A stretch of 64,000 nt of DNA from Lama guanicoe (lineage: Eukaryota). The notes beneath the pieces were generated by a model. The model did not search any database, was not told the DNA's origin, and was given only the letters and a program-made list of their open reading frames with translations. The DNA lies in contig MU055269.1 in NCBI GenBank assembly GCA_013239625.1, positions 2,968,441 to 3,032,440 of the forward strand. Direction: 5' to 3'. Below are positions 13,260 to 25,713 of this stretch, one piece after another. Every line of letters begins with the position of its first letter. The first letter of the stretch is position 1. Made by a program: the position numbers and the translations under genes.

Positions 13260-13490
13260 CCGTGTGTGTGTTTACAAACAGACATATATGTACACACACG
13301 TGTGTGTGCACACCTATTTGCATATTTGATATGGACACATACATACAGCCATGCATAAATGCACACGTAGACACACACATGCACACACATATGTACATTC
13401 ACACATACACGCATGTATACACGTGCATGTACATGCACACAGGTAAGTACACATGCGTGTACCTGCACACACATCCATGCACCTTCGTAC
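13260..13490. repeat. Degenerate (CA/TG)n alternating purine-pyrimidine tract
   Basis: acacacacatgcacacacatatgtacattcacacatacacgcatgtatacacgtgc; explains the VCVHM-rich ORFs. Confidence 0.85.
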
Positions 13491-14169
13491 AGCTACAGGC
13501 CCCTCTCCCCGCCCCTCCCTGTGCCATGTGGACTGGCCACGGGCACCCACAGTGCGGGCGGCCAGGAGCCCTGAACACACTCCCCACCCCGGCCTATTCG
13601 AGCAGCAGCAGGGTTAGCAGGACCAGGGTCGCCCTCTGCTCCTAAGCCTCCCGCATGCATGTGACCAGGAGGGCAGCAGGACTGACCTGAGCCGGGGGGC
13701 CAGGGGAGGCTCGGCCAGGGGCTGGGGGGGCCACCTCGGAACCTTGGGAGCACAGGTGTCCCCAAGTGGGGGGGTTCTAGTTTGCTGGTTGGCGACTGGA
13801 CAGGGTCATTGTCCCTCTTCTGAATGTGACGAGTCAGAGGCACCCGAGGGTAGGATGCTGCCTGAGGCCGGCCCCAGGGTTGCAGCGTGAGGACAGCAGA
13901 CCAGCAGCCAGACCCTGGTTGTCCCTGGGATGAACAGTAGGGGAGCGTGGCTGGTCACCACGTGGCCCGAGACAGGCCAGGAGCTCCAGTTTTCCCCAGG
14001 GTGGGCACTGCCAGCATCACTTTCCAGCGGGCACGGAGGCGACACTAACTCCCCACTCTCAGGACTGTCACAGGAAGTGACAAAGTGTGTTTGCTTCAGC
14101 AGCGCAGATGCCAGCTCTGTCCCCACCTCACCAGACTGCCGTCACCACGAAGAAAGGGCTGGGGCCTAC

Positions 14170-14263
14170 GACACTTTCACAAGTGTGTGTGCACGCGCGT
14201 GTGTGCACGCATGTGTGTGTGCGTGCACGCATGTGTACGAGAGAGAGACAGAGGGCTTACACC
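14170..14263 (+). repeat. Arm 1 of inverted repeat (partner 15963-16030)
   Basis: 29-bp perfect core catgtgtacgagagagagacagagggctt plus gacact.tcacaagtgtgtg. Confidence 0.92.
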
Positions 14264-14769
14264 TGGGGTGCAGGTGGGGCCGGCCTCCCTGCCTCCCCTG
14301 GAGACGGTCTTACCAGGTTGGAGTCTCCCCCACCACCCCAGGGCCCAGAGAGGAGGGGAGGGGGCCTGAGGGGACACCGGCCGACCTGCTCTAACAGCCT
14401 GTCCTGTGTTGGAGAGACAGGAGTGTCACCCCAGCCCACGCGCAGCTCCTGTGACATCAGCTCTGCGCGACGGAGGAATTAATGCCACGGCCTGGTGTCG
14501 TCCCAACGCTGATCCAAGGAATTAACAGGCGTCTTCGGCACCTGGGCCCCCAAAGGCAGAACAGGACGGACAGAGACCCAGCCTGTCCCCTCACTGGGCA
14601 GTCATGGGGGACAGAGTGAAGCTGACCTCCCAGACATGGGTTTTCTGCGACTCATTCTGCTGATGTCAGTGCAAATAATTCCCCACAGAGCGCCGTGGAC
14701 TGAATCTACATGCCGCACGCACAGCAGCAAACCTGAGCCAGTCCCCGGGCTGGGGGTGGGGCCCCCTCC

Positions 14770-15085
14770 TTATGGTATAGGCAGTTGAGACACATCTATA
14801 AGTGATGAGATGGGAACTGACAAAGACAGAGGTCACACAGGGTCACAAAGGGCGTGCTATCACCACACGGGAGCGTCATCACAGAAAAGCCACCCACAGC
14901 GTAGAAAGGGGCAGAGCGACATGGAATTCTGCATACTGTACGTTACAATCTTAGCGTCAGGGTCAAAGTGGCTCCTCTGGAGCCGGCGGAGTCTGGGCGG
15001 GAACTGGGGGCTCTGGTTTCTTCTCATTACGAGTCTTCCTTTATTTTTTAATTGACCAAACCATGAACAAATATTGCTTTGACTT
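14770..15085 (+). mobile_element. Old L1 (L1ME-like) 3' end fragment
   Basis: aaagtggctcctctggagccggcggagtctgg...ttcttctcattacgagtcttcc...aaaccatgaacaaatattgctttg. Confidence 0.5.
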
Positions 15086-15339
15086 GATTAAACTGTATAT
15101 GCATTTTTAAATGCATGAAACTTTTATTGTGAATCCACATTCATTTTTAAAACAGAAGTAAGCCAGCAAGTTGTTTTAAGTTGGAAGCCACTTTTAATCC
15201 TATCTTCAAAGTCTAAATTATTTAAACAAATCAAAAATAGGAAACACCACTTTATTCTTTTTTTTTTCGGTGCAGGTGGAAATTCATTCTCTTGCTCTCT
15301 CAAAACACACACACAGACACACACACGCGCACACAGGAT

Positions 15340-15800
15340 TTTTTTTAATAAAAATAATCAGTAGTCATTATCCACATGAATTCAATGAGAAAATGTAACA
15401 CTGACAGCTCTCATTATCACTGAGGGCGAAATGATGCAGACCTGCATTTGTAGATCTGCTTAACTTAACATGTCAAATATTAGCGTCAAATGGGAATAAG
15501 GGCAGATGATTCTAGAGAGCTGTTATTACATGACATTCAAAGTCATACGCTATGTTCTGCAACACTCGAAGAAAGATAAAAATGAAAAATGAAGTTAATG
15601 AAAAGTTATTGCTTTACTGAAGACTGCAGAATCAGGCACTTCACATTAAAATAAAATCTTTGTAGAACACTAAAGCTCACAGAAAATAATAATTTGAGAG
15701 TGAATTGCCCTGATGGGGTCCTCTCCATCTCATGTCCGCAAATAGTCTCCCAGCTGAATCAGAAGGCGTTATTTTTGTCAGCGCGATGACTGACACACAC
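15340..15800. promoter_or_regulatory. Candidate CNE/enhancer
   Basis: About 460 bp AT-rich and repeat-free; TALE-type sites (tgacagct, tgtcaaat, tgacatt, ttgtcag) and ATTA cores (gtcatta, ctcatta, cacattaa). Confidence 0.7.
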
Positions 15801-15819
15801 AGATTTCTGGAAGAGCTAC

Positions 15820-16330
15820 CGTGGCGGCTGCTGTAGGGGGACGTGGGCACCGCCCACCAGCCGGACTCCAATTTCCACTCAAACGCCCGCGGGCCCGGCC
15901 GCCGCGCCGCCTCGCACGCGGGTCCGGGGTCCGACAGCCGCGCGCGGCCTCTTCCTGCAGAGGGTGGAAGCCCTCTGTCTCTCTCTCGTACACATGTGTG
16001 CACGCGCGCGCACACACTTGTGACAGTGTCTCCGCCGCTGTCCGGCGCTCTCGCCACAGCCGAGATTCAGTTCGCCCGCCCCGTGGGGGTCCCCGCGCCG
16101 CTCCGCTTGCAGGTGGGGGGCCTTGCGCGAAGCCCAAGCACCCGTTTCACCCTCCGCTGAAACGCAACGCGCGGCGCTGCTCCCCGTGGCGCGAGCGCGC
16201 GCCGCTCCTGGGCGCCCGCGACGCCGCGCACCTGCTGGTGCGGCGGCGCCTGTCTGGAGCCTTCTGCCGCGGGCGTTTCGTAGCCCCTCGGTCGGCTTCT
16301 CCATCGGTCCTGAACTAGCACCCGGCTTCT
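15820..16330. promoter_or_regulatory. Orphan CpG island (strongest in window)
   Basis: About 500 bp of very dense CpG (cgcgggcccggccgccgcgccgcctcgcacgcggg; gcgcgagcgcgcgccg); no exon recognised. Confidence 0.8.
15963..16030 (-). repeat. Arm 2 of inverted repeat (partner 14170-14263)
   Basis: Reverse complement reads gacactgtcacaagtgtgtgcgcgcgcgtgcacacatgtgtacgagagagagacagagggcttccacc. Confidence 0.92.
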
Positions 16331-17229
16331 GAAAGGAAGCCCCTGTACTGCCGAGGCCTCGCTTTCAGAGCCCGTCTCCCTGGGAGGCAGTTCCGTGGCC
16401 CTTGGCCTCCTGTTCACCCGCTGACCCCGTCTCACTCAGAACGTGGTCGGGTGACGCAGGGGGGCGTCTGGTCTTCTGCACGCAGACCCTGTGAGGCCCG
16501 ACTGTGATTCTCACCCTCTGTGACCACGAAATGAGGTCCCATTTTAAGTGCACGCGTCCGGTGGATGCGACCCCTTCCGGCCCCGCCGTCCTCATCCCCA
16601 GAGCTTAGGCCACCGCGTCACAGTGCCGGCAGGTCCTCCTGAACTCAGGGGCACATCTTGCCCCCACTCAGCCGCACCTGCCGCAGCCTCCTGGTCACGG
16701 CAGCTGCGCGCATCTCCTGAGGCCCAGGCCCTGGTGGAAGCGGCTCTCCGTGGGACAGAGGTGTCCCCGGCTGGTGTGACTTCAGCTGCTTCCACTGGAG
16801 CCTTAGAGAGTGGAGGTCACTCCCCCCAACCCCATAGCCACCATCTTGCAGAACTCAGCAGGCCCTGTCTTGTCAGGGGGCAGTGCAGTGATGGACACGG
16901 CTGGGAGGAGACCACGTGGACTACGGTGTGCAGGTGGCTGGGGGAGGAAGGACCGTAAACAGGAGGTGAGACTGTGAGTCAAGCGAGGCATACGAGGACT
17001 GGAAGGGCAGGCGGGCGTGGACATGGCCGGGGGTCACCAGGCTTAGAGCCATAGACGCCTCGCTCCATGCACACACACACGCGCACACACAGCTCCCAGG
17101 TGCGCCTCCCCCAGCTGCCCTCCGGTGTGTCTCACTCACGCTCAGACCCCTAAAGGGGCCTGTCGACACCCCCCTTCTCGCTTTCATTCCGGCCCCTCTG
17201 GACTTGGTGCACCTCCTCTCTGGTCAGCT

Positions 17230-19310
17230 TCATGGGGTATACTTTGCGTGCAATCAAAGCCACTGATTTAAAGTGTAAAATCGGATGACTTTTGACAAAT
17301 GGACACAGCTGTTCCACACCCCCGCCCCGTCACATACAGAATATGTCCTCCCCCCACGTCTCCTTGTTTCCAGTGTCCTCCATCCCCAGGGTCCTCCCTC
17401 TGCGCAGTAGCTCTGTCTTCACTGGAATTTCAGAAAAGGCCTCTTTCATTGAACATGATGCACCTTGTTGCATTCATCAGGGTTTTTTCTGCTTTACTGA
17501 CAAATGGTGCCCATTGCATAGGTGTTTTATCCATGTTCTAGTTGACGGACACTTTGATGACTATTCTGGCCAAAAGCTTTTATTTATCTTGGGTAAATAC
17601 CCAAGAATGGCATGTCTGTGTCATGTGAAAATACATATTTCAATGAATGACAAACTGCCCAACCATTTTCCCAAATGGCGGCACCATGCTGCACCCTCAC
17701 CCACAGCATGTGAGCGCTCCGGTCGCCCCCATCCTCACCGGCACCTGGCACGGTCAGACTTCTCCACTCACCATTGGAGAGGCGTGTGGTGCTGTCCTGG
17801 TGGCGTAGGTTCGCATCTCCTGCCCTCTGTGGTGCTAAACATCCCATCATGTGATTGTGTGATGTGGGTGAGCGTCTGCTATGCTGTTACTCGTTCTTTC
17901 ACTGGATTTTGGTTCTTTTTCTTTTATATTTCTGGATACAATTGCTTTTACAGATACATGTTTTGCAAACACTTTCTCCTAGACTTCAAATTGCCTTTTC
18001 ATCTTCTTAACTGTGTTTTTAGAAAAGTTTTTAATTCTGTTAAAATCCAGTGTCTTTTTTTCTTTCATAATTTGTGAATTTTCTGTCTTATTTAAGAAAC
18101 CTGGGTCTAATCTTTGCTTAAAGTTTTTAGGGATTTTCTCCTATATTTTTCTAAAAATGTACAGCTTTAGCTTTTATATTAGGTTTATGAGCATTTTGAG
18201 TACATTTTGTACAATGTGAGGTGAGGATCAAATACATGTCGTATATATCACACATGTTATATATAAATAACACGTATCACGTGGATGTTACGCATAATGC
18301 ATGTATACCTGTTATTACACATTTTTATAAAGGTATCCAATTGTTACAGCTCCACTTGCCCAAAAAGATCATCCTTTTCTCATTAAATTGAGCTGGTACT
18401 TGGAGCAAAGCTCAGCTGCTCCCACGTGTGTCAGTTTCTGCTGAACCGTTCTGTTCAGTGATCTGAATTCCTGTCTCTGTGCCCTCAAAGCTGTCTTGAC
18501 TATGGCAGCTTTACAACAAGTCTTGAAATCAAGTAGTATCCACGTGTTCCCACTTTGTTATTCTTTTTTTTTTTAATTGGTTTGGTTATTCTAGGTCCTC
18601 TGCATTGTCATATAAATTTAAGAATCAGATTTTCAATTTTTAGAAAAAAACAGATGATGATTATTTTGATTGAGATTGTATTCAGTCTGCAGATTGACTG
18701 GGGAAGAACTGGCATCTTTAATACTATTCAACCATCTTGATGACATTTTCTCGCTGTATTGAGGTTTTTCTTGATTTCTCTCACAGTGTTTACAGTTTTC
18801 AATGTATAGGTCTTACACATATTTTGTTAGATTTACCCTTTAGTATCTCACACTTTTTGATGTCATTGAAAATGGAATTTTAAGTTCAGTTTCTGATTGT
18901 TTATTGCAATATTTTAGAACTATGACTTGCTTTTCTACACTGTCCTCATATCCTGCACACTGGTTGAACTCATCTACTAGTCCTGATCGGTTTTTAGCAG
19001 TCTTTGGATTTTCAACATAGATTCTCATGTCATCTTCAAATGAAGACAGTGTTATTCCTGACTCACCAAATGCATGCCTTTTATTTCGTTTTCTTGCCCT
19101 ATTGCTCTGGTTACAACCTGTAGTGTGATGTGTAGCAGAAGTGGTAAGAATGGACATCATGGTCTTTTTCTTAATCTTAGAAAGCATAATTAAGCATAAA
19201 GTTAGCTGTAGTGTTTTGTGGATGCTGTTAGCAGGTTAAGCTATCTTATTCTTAGCAGGTGGAAATTTTTTATCCTGAACAACCAGTGTTGAATTTTATA
19301 TGATTTTTTT
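17230..19310 (-). mobile_element. L1M LINE relic, ORF2 RT through 3' end
   Basis: ORF 18840-19187(-) LSSFEDDMRIYVENPK...LVDEFNQCAGY...IPFSMTSKSVRY matches L1 RT LSLFADDMIVYLENPK...INEFSKVAGY; L1M 3' end near 17240-17350. Confidence 0.93.
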
Positions 19311-20480
19311 CAAAACTGCCTGGTCCATTGTGGCAGCCTCTTATCTCTGCTTCTTTTAGTACCAATTTTTCTTTCTTTTAAAGACACCAAATGCACTCAC
19401 ACTACATTCCGTATTTGTTAATTCCAATATCTGCTTTCTTGGTGGGTCTTCCCAGGTACGGTTCTGCTGGCTGTGGCCTGTGGTGCAGAGTTCTAAACCA
19501 CAGAGCGAAGCTCAGCTGGTCCCACATGTGTCAGTGACTTTGGTTTTGGATTCATGTCTCTAGAATGACTTCTGTACAAAGTTATGGAAGCCTGGGTCCG
19601 AGTGTATTCCCCAGAGAAATTTTCCATTTTCTTCTTGTGAGAGCACCGCCAAACTGGGACAATTAAAGGCAAAAATTTCAGCTTGCAGTTTTTCCCACCA
19701 AGTCAGTGTGAGTTTTTGTCCCAGACCCCGGTGTGTCATTACCATATGTTTGAACTTTCACAGCAGAATGTGGCTTCTCCCCCGAGCACCCACCCAGTCC
19801 TGCTGCTAATATGCTTGCTTTTCTGACTCGTCCAAACAGTAAGGAGTCTCTGAGGGTCTACACATTTATGCTGATAAAACATGGACTTCATTTGTTTGTG
19901 ATATTCTGGTTTTCTGTAAGGCTTTGTGAAAAGAAAGTTTTAGCCCTTAATGGAAGATTTTCAAACAGTCGCCCTCCTGTGGAACAGCCTGCCTCCAAAT
20001 GTGTTTGAGGATGTGTTGGATGACTTCATGAGGTCATCGCTAGTCCTCTTTCTGCACAGAGAGGATAATTTTGCTTTAAAAAAATTCCTGTGACGCCCAT
20101 GCATGAATAAAAGATTCAAGTTAATATTGAAAACCTTCTGTTTGGTTGGACATATGGTTCTAGCAAGGCACAATTTAGCCTGCAGATTCTATAACAAATC
20201 TGATCATCGAAATCTAAAAATCGTTCTTTTTTGGTGTTCTGCTGGAAAAACGCTTCACAGTGAGGGAAAACAGGAGCTCCGTGACCCGTGGGGAGGAAGT
20301 GCAATTTTCCCAGTGATAATGTCTGCACCTGAGTACTTCCTTGGCATGTAGTATGTTTGGAAACACGCACTGAGGAAGTGTCACTTTGTGGAAGGACCCC
20401 AGATGGGTGCGGGCTGCAAGGGCAGCCTGGCTGAGGCAGTGGGAGATGGCCCCGGAACCTGGGACAGAGGAGGAACCTCT

Positions 20481-20615
20481 AAGGTGACCAGCTAATTTCA
20501 GTGTAAAGGGAACATGTCTCTAAATTAATTTAATTAACCAAGCCTCAACAGAGAGAAACAATTTGGGCACAGCCAGGACAAGACCGTCCCCTGTCCAAGT
20601 ATGACAGGTGCAGTG
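20481..20615. mobile_element. MER81-like hAT MITE
   Basis: Begins taaggtgaccagctaattt, like the MER81 terminus; internal gccaggacaagaccgtcccc. Confidence 0.4.
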
Positions 20616-20946
20616 AGACTTTATATTTACCCTCCTGGTTTCTGAGTGATGACATCTGAGAATTAATTACACAAGTAAACAGTGACATTTTGTAATTATC
20701 CAGATTCAAAGACTATGACTATTGCTTGGTGGATTGTCATGAGGGTTTTTGGTTTATTTGTGGCTTTTTCTTGCTTGTTTGTTTGCTCATTTCTTCTCTA
20801 ATTAGCTGAATCTTGTTACTTGTGGGTATTTTTGTGATAGAAGTTTACATTTGAATTTAAGGCATAAACATCCCCATTTTTGATTTGCAACACCTCTCAG
20901 CCTCTTTGATTCATTTACAGCAAATGAGTAATAACTAGTCACCCCT

Positions 20947-21006
20947 CTGAAACATGATGCTGTGCACACACTGTAACTGCCTATACTTCAATAAATAAAA
21001 AAAAAA
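20947..21006 (+). mobile_element. Very short 5'-truncated younger L1 3' terminus with poly(A)
   Basis: tgctgtgcacacactgtaactgcctatacttcaataaataaaaaaaaaa; degenerate TSD aactagtcacccct / aattagtcatgcct. Confidence 0.6.
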
Positions 21007-21639
21007 TTAGTCATGCCTAACAGGAGCAAAATGTATTAATTGAGAGTGATTCATCTAGTTAAGAATTTAGAGGGAAATAAAAGTATGTGACAGTTGCATT
21101 CTCATCATAAAAGGAGGGCAGATTTAACTGTTTCAAGGTCAGACTCAAAGTTGGTCTGACTTCCTTTTTATTTGTGACAATTTATGTATTTCCAGCCTAG
21201 GGATGGGGCACTGTTGGGGGAACAAAGAATTCCTGAAGTCTTGGATATAAAGTATCTTAGAGATGAATGGGCATTGTTTTAGCTTGTTTATTTTTATTAT
21301 GTATTTTGGGAAGAAAATTATGAAGACAGGTCTGACCCCGTGCTGTGTGTGGATTTCTGTGTTTCCCTCTGAAGATCTCCAGTGTTCCACCCGTAGCATC
21401 TCAGGGCCCAGCAGTTTCCGTGGTGCTATTCAACATCTGGGTGATGAAAGGGTGGGAGGGCGGAAGCCTGATTTTGGCACGGAGAGAGCACGGCTAGATT
21501 CCACACCAGCTGATTGAAGTGTAACGCTGCCAGAATCTCGGCCAACGGCATCCTTGTGCCAGTGAGGTCAGTGCAAAGCAGCGCGGAGGATTAGCGGGCC
21601 CTCTGGAACAGGAGCGGTCTGGCACAGTGCTTATTAAAA

Positions 21640-22380
21640 TGTAGGAACCGAATTAGCTGTACCTACGTGGCGCTCACCCATCATATAACTCACTTCAGTT
21701 CTCTGTGATGTTAATGAGATATGAAAAGCCTTTTCTCTGCTTACAAGGTGCCAGCACCCCAACATTAATGACACAGAAGCAGCTCCAGTGAATGGGAGAG
21801 AAAGGGTTCACCTACGCTGTAATTCATAATTGGCCGACTCAGGGGACCTGAGTCTTTTTGCAAGAAAACTGAAGCAGTTCAAGCTCTCAAATATGTTCCT
21901 TTCAAGCTCCCATTGTCACCGAGAAGGTCTGAAAGAATCCGTTTGCATCTAATTCGGATGGCAGTATTCCAGCCTGAAAAGACTCAGAGAAGAAAAGAAA
22001 GGAGAAGGGAAAAAAACCCTCCTGCCTCTGTGAGGCCCGCGTGTGACACTGGGATTTGTTGGCATAAAAACGCCCCTGTGACAGACATCATTATATCATT
22101 GCAGGAAGGGGAAGCATGAATAGGTCCCCCAAATATTTCTGGCAAAGGGCCAGATGTCTGCAGTTCAGACATGCTCCTCTGAGGGGCTCCCTGCCTCCTG
22201 GGGTGATGCGAGGCCGACGCGGGGGCCCACTGGGCGACACTTTATTTTAAGCTTCCATCAATGGGCACTTAACTACCACTAATTCAGAACAGTGGCTTGG
22301 GGACTATGTTTGCGAGTCACACACATATCAAATGATTCCGCTGTGATCGGTTTTATTGCGGTGACGCTGGGCGACGGCGC
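21640..22380. promoter_or_regulatory. Candidate CNE cluster
   Basis: aattagc, cattaatgac, gtaattcataattggcc, ctaattcgg, ggcataaaa, tgtgacag, ttttattg. Confidence 0.5.
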
Positions 22381-22699
22381 TTTATGGAGGGGGCTGTGTT
22401 GAGTGGGGCAGGGGCTCTGGGAGCGAAGGGGTGCCCAGGAGTCGTGTGCGCCAGGGAAGCCAGGCCCAGACAGCACGGACTGAAATGTTGACATTTATCG
22501 GTGAACTCCCCTTTTCCTACTAATTTTAGTTCCTGTGAATCCAAGTGAGCGAGGGCCCTGGGGGGTTCAGATCTGGTGTCTTCACTCCAGGTTTTCTGCC
22601 TGGAGTCCCAGCCGGAAGGAACCCATCACCTCCCCCGGGCCATCTCCAGTGCAGAACCACTGTGCTGGGCACCCGGTCTCCATCCCCTCCACACGTCCA

Positions 22700-23200
22700 C
22701 CCCACAAGAGCACCGAACTTGGCCGAACAACTTCTGTGCCTCCTTGCCCGCCTGGTCCCTGGTGAGGCAAGGGCGTCTCCACCGCCCCGCTCCACAGGCC
22801 AGGGTCCCTCCCTGACTCCCTCTCCTCGCACAAAACCTCTCCTGGGTCCTGTCCGTGTTCGCTCCGGGGTACAGGCTGAGACGGCCCTCTCTTCTTTCCA
22901 CCCGCTCCAGGCACCGTCACACCCTGTGGTCTCACCCCGGCTCCCGCATCCTCTCTACTGTTGTCCATTCCTGCCCCTCACGTCCAATCCAGGACCCTCA
23001 AGGTCACACAGCGTCCAGCTTCTCCTGCTCAAAACCATTCTTATTTACAGAAGCACAATCACCAATCCCCAGGGCAGCCTTTGGTCCTGCGGGGCCCCTG
23101 CCTCGACCCCTGCCCCCTCAGCCTGACCCCTTCACCTCCTCTGACCTCTGTGCTCCCAGTCCTGGGCCTCCAGGTGCCACCTCTCACCCCTCCTGGCTCA
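22700..23200 (+). mobile_element. L2 LINE fragment
   Basis: C-rich tract with ctcctgctcaaaacc, like L2 ctcctctgctcaaaaccctcc. Confidence 0.4.
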
Positions 23201-24698
23201 CCTAAATATCGCTGTCCGCAGGCGCGTCCCGAGCAGCGGAGGGAGGCGCAGACCCCCTTTTACGCACGTTCACCGCACACGTACGTTTCCACCCAAGCGC
23301 CCGCACCACCTGTCTGGTCTCCTCCTGTGCCCCCTCCTCACACAAGCCGCCCAGAGCCCTGGTGGGCACGTGGTAAGGTGTTTGCAAGGACGGGCACTCA
23401 TGAGCAGGCTGAGCAGGCTGCATAATGGTGAAGGATTCAATGCAAGAGTCTTGGTAAAATGATAGCCTGGGCCCCTTCAAATGTTGGGGTGAAGCCGTCT
23501 CGTCTTTGCTTCCCTTGACAGCGGGCTGTGGAGTGTACTGGGCGCAGGTGGAGGGGGCGGGACCCTCTCCCGTGCTCCGGCCCAGTCAGATTGGCCCCAG
23601 CGGGGGTGGGGCTGGCAGGGCACCAGGCTGTCGTCTACGAGGCTCAGGCCCGCACCCCGCGAGGAGCTGCAGAATGTTGTGGAAGAAAACCATTTGGGAG
23701 CACACACATCCTGCTCGTGACAGCATGACTTAAATTCAAAGTCACTATGGTATAAAATGCAGGGACGGAAATTCACCAAGCAAAAGCTTAAATGCTCAAA
23801 GTGAATTTGAGGATGTCTTGCAAAAATACACTGCTGTAAGAATTCCAAAGCGAAGGAAATTGCAGGAGCGTTTCTCAGACGCTGGCTGTGGTCACCTCCC
23901 AGAGCTGGGGGCCCATGTAGAGGCCGCTGATTAGGACGGACTCTGGCCCTACAGGTAGAAGACCGAGGCCCGTGGCTACCCGCAGGGGGGGAGCTGAGAG
24001 CTCGCATTGGCCGCATTCCCCTTCCTTGCTGTGTCACCTAACGTCTCGGAAACCCTTGCTTTTTTTTTTTTTTTTAATCACCTTTCCTAAACCAGGGGGT
24101 TTAATGTAGTGCCAGTGTTACAGAAAATTAGGGAATTGTCACCTTGCTTTTTGAAGCGCTCCACCTCCTCTGTGAATTTGTTGGTGACAATGAGAAATCT
24201 ACGTAATTGGTTTCAAGACAAAATCGCCTTTATTTCTACTGTGCGTCACCGCCTGCCTGGCCGGAGAGCTGCTGCGGAAGTAAATACAGCTTTTCGTTTG
24301 GAAGGTAGGAGCTCTTCGCAGACTCCTGAGAACGTTCAGGAGCCAAGATGGACAAGCTTGTGTTTCCAGGAGTTTCTACTAAATCTCTCTGAAGGGCTGC
24401 AGGCAGATGCACGGAAACCCCTCAGGGAGTCCTCGCCGAGCCTCTGCCCACAGAGAACTCAGCTTTCTGCATCTGAGTGTCGTCTGCCCAGCGAAATTCA
24501 GGAGAGGAAGCTGGAATCTGATTGCTAAATATATAGATGTTCGGGGGGGAAAAATGAACTTGGGTTTCAGTTTTATAGCCCAAATAATTTTTAGCTGAAG
24601 AAAATAATAGAAATGAACAACAGACATAAAACTTTAGCCTGTGTAAATTAAAAGGTTCTGCGGCATTAACTTCATAAAGCCGTAATCCTCTCCTCCAT

Positions 24699-24838
24699 NN
24701 NNNNNNNNNNNNNNNNNNNNNNNNNNNNNNNNNNNNNNNNNNNNNNNNNNNNNNNNNNNNNNNNNNNNNNNNNNNNNNNNNNNNNNNNNNNNNNNNNNNN
24801 NNNNNNNNNNNNNNNNNNNNNNNNNNNNNNNNNNNNNN
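24699..24838. other. N-run, 140 bp
   Basis: Counted directly. Confidence 0.98.
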
Positions 24839-24950
24839 ATTAATGGGCCCTACCTCTCTGCGGCTGCAGCCGGGAAAGAGTCTTTAATATGACAATTAAG
24901 TATCTGTCTTTAGGTTTTATGTGGCCCCCCACCCCCACCCCAGCCACTTC

Positions 24951-25114
24951 NNNNNNNNNNNNNNNNNNNNNNNNNNNNNNNNNNNNNNNNNNNNNNNNNN
25001 NNNNNNNNNNNNNNNNNNNNNNNNNNNNNNNNNNNNNNNNNNNNNNNNNNNNNNNNNNNNNNNNNNNNNNNNNNNNNNNNNNNNNNNNNNNNNNNNNNNN
25101 NNNNNNNNNNNNNN
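24951..25114. other. N-run, 164 bp
   Basis: Counted directly. Confidence 0.98.
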
Positions 25115-25565
25115 CCTCTTCCCTTCCTCCCCGAGCGCTTGATCTACGGCCACCGAGGAATTTCCAGTGCTTCCCGAGACTTCCACGGGCTTTGCCAGTT
25201 CATCCGTTTTTACAACAGCAGAATTGACCAACGCAGCCTGGAATTCTATCAAAACTTATACATTGTTTTAAGGAGACGAGGGCTGGGAGTCTTTGGGATT
25301 CTTTTTTTTTTTTTTCCTTTTCTTCCTCCAACAACACAACAAAAAGAAAAACACCCTCAAGGTTACTTCATTTCCCGGTAAGTCCTGGCACGAGCTCCTC
25401 TATAATATTCCCTAAATTTTTTGAGCAGAAGCTGAAGCCGTAATTTTTCTAACATCCTTGAAGTCTAATTAATACAGCAATAGAGGAAGAGTCTGTTTCC
25501 TCGCTCGCAGGGAAAGGGCATTATCTGCAAGGTGCAATAACTCCTCTGAGACGCCTGGGGACAGC

Positions 25566-25713
25566 NNNNNNNNNNNNNNNNNNNNNNNNNNNNNNNNNNN
25601 NNNNNNNNNNNNNNNNNNNNNNNNNNNNNNNNNNNNNNNNNNNNNNNNNNNNNNNNNNNNNNNNNNNNNNNNNNNNNNNNNNNNNNNNNNNNNNNNNNNN
25701 NNNNNNNNNNNNN
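25566..25713. other. N-run, 148 bp
   Basis: Counted directly. Confidence 0.98.

Noticed and set aside
13127-13645. His/Cys/Val-rich ORFs suggesting a metal-binding protein
   Set aside because: Translation of (CA/TG)n low-complexity sequence
17292-18077. 261-aa plus-strand ORF
   Set aside because: Antisense reading of the L1 relic
18840-19187. Reverse transcriptase motif as a retron or novel RT system
   Set aside because: Ordinary decayed L1 ORF2 (FEDD in place of FADD), with frameshifts and stops in a mammalian LINE context
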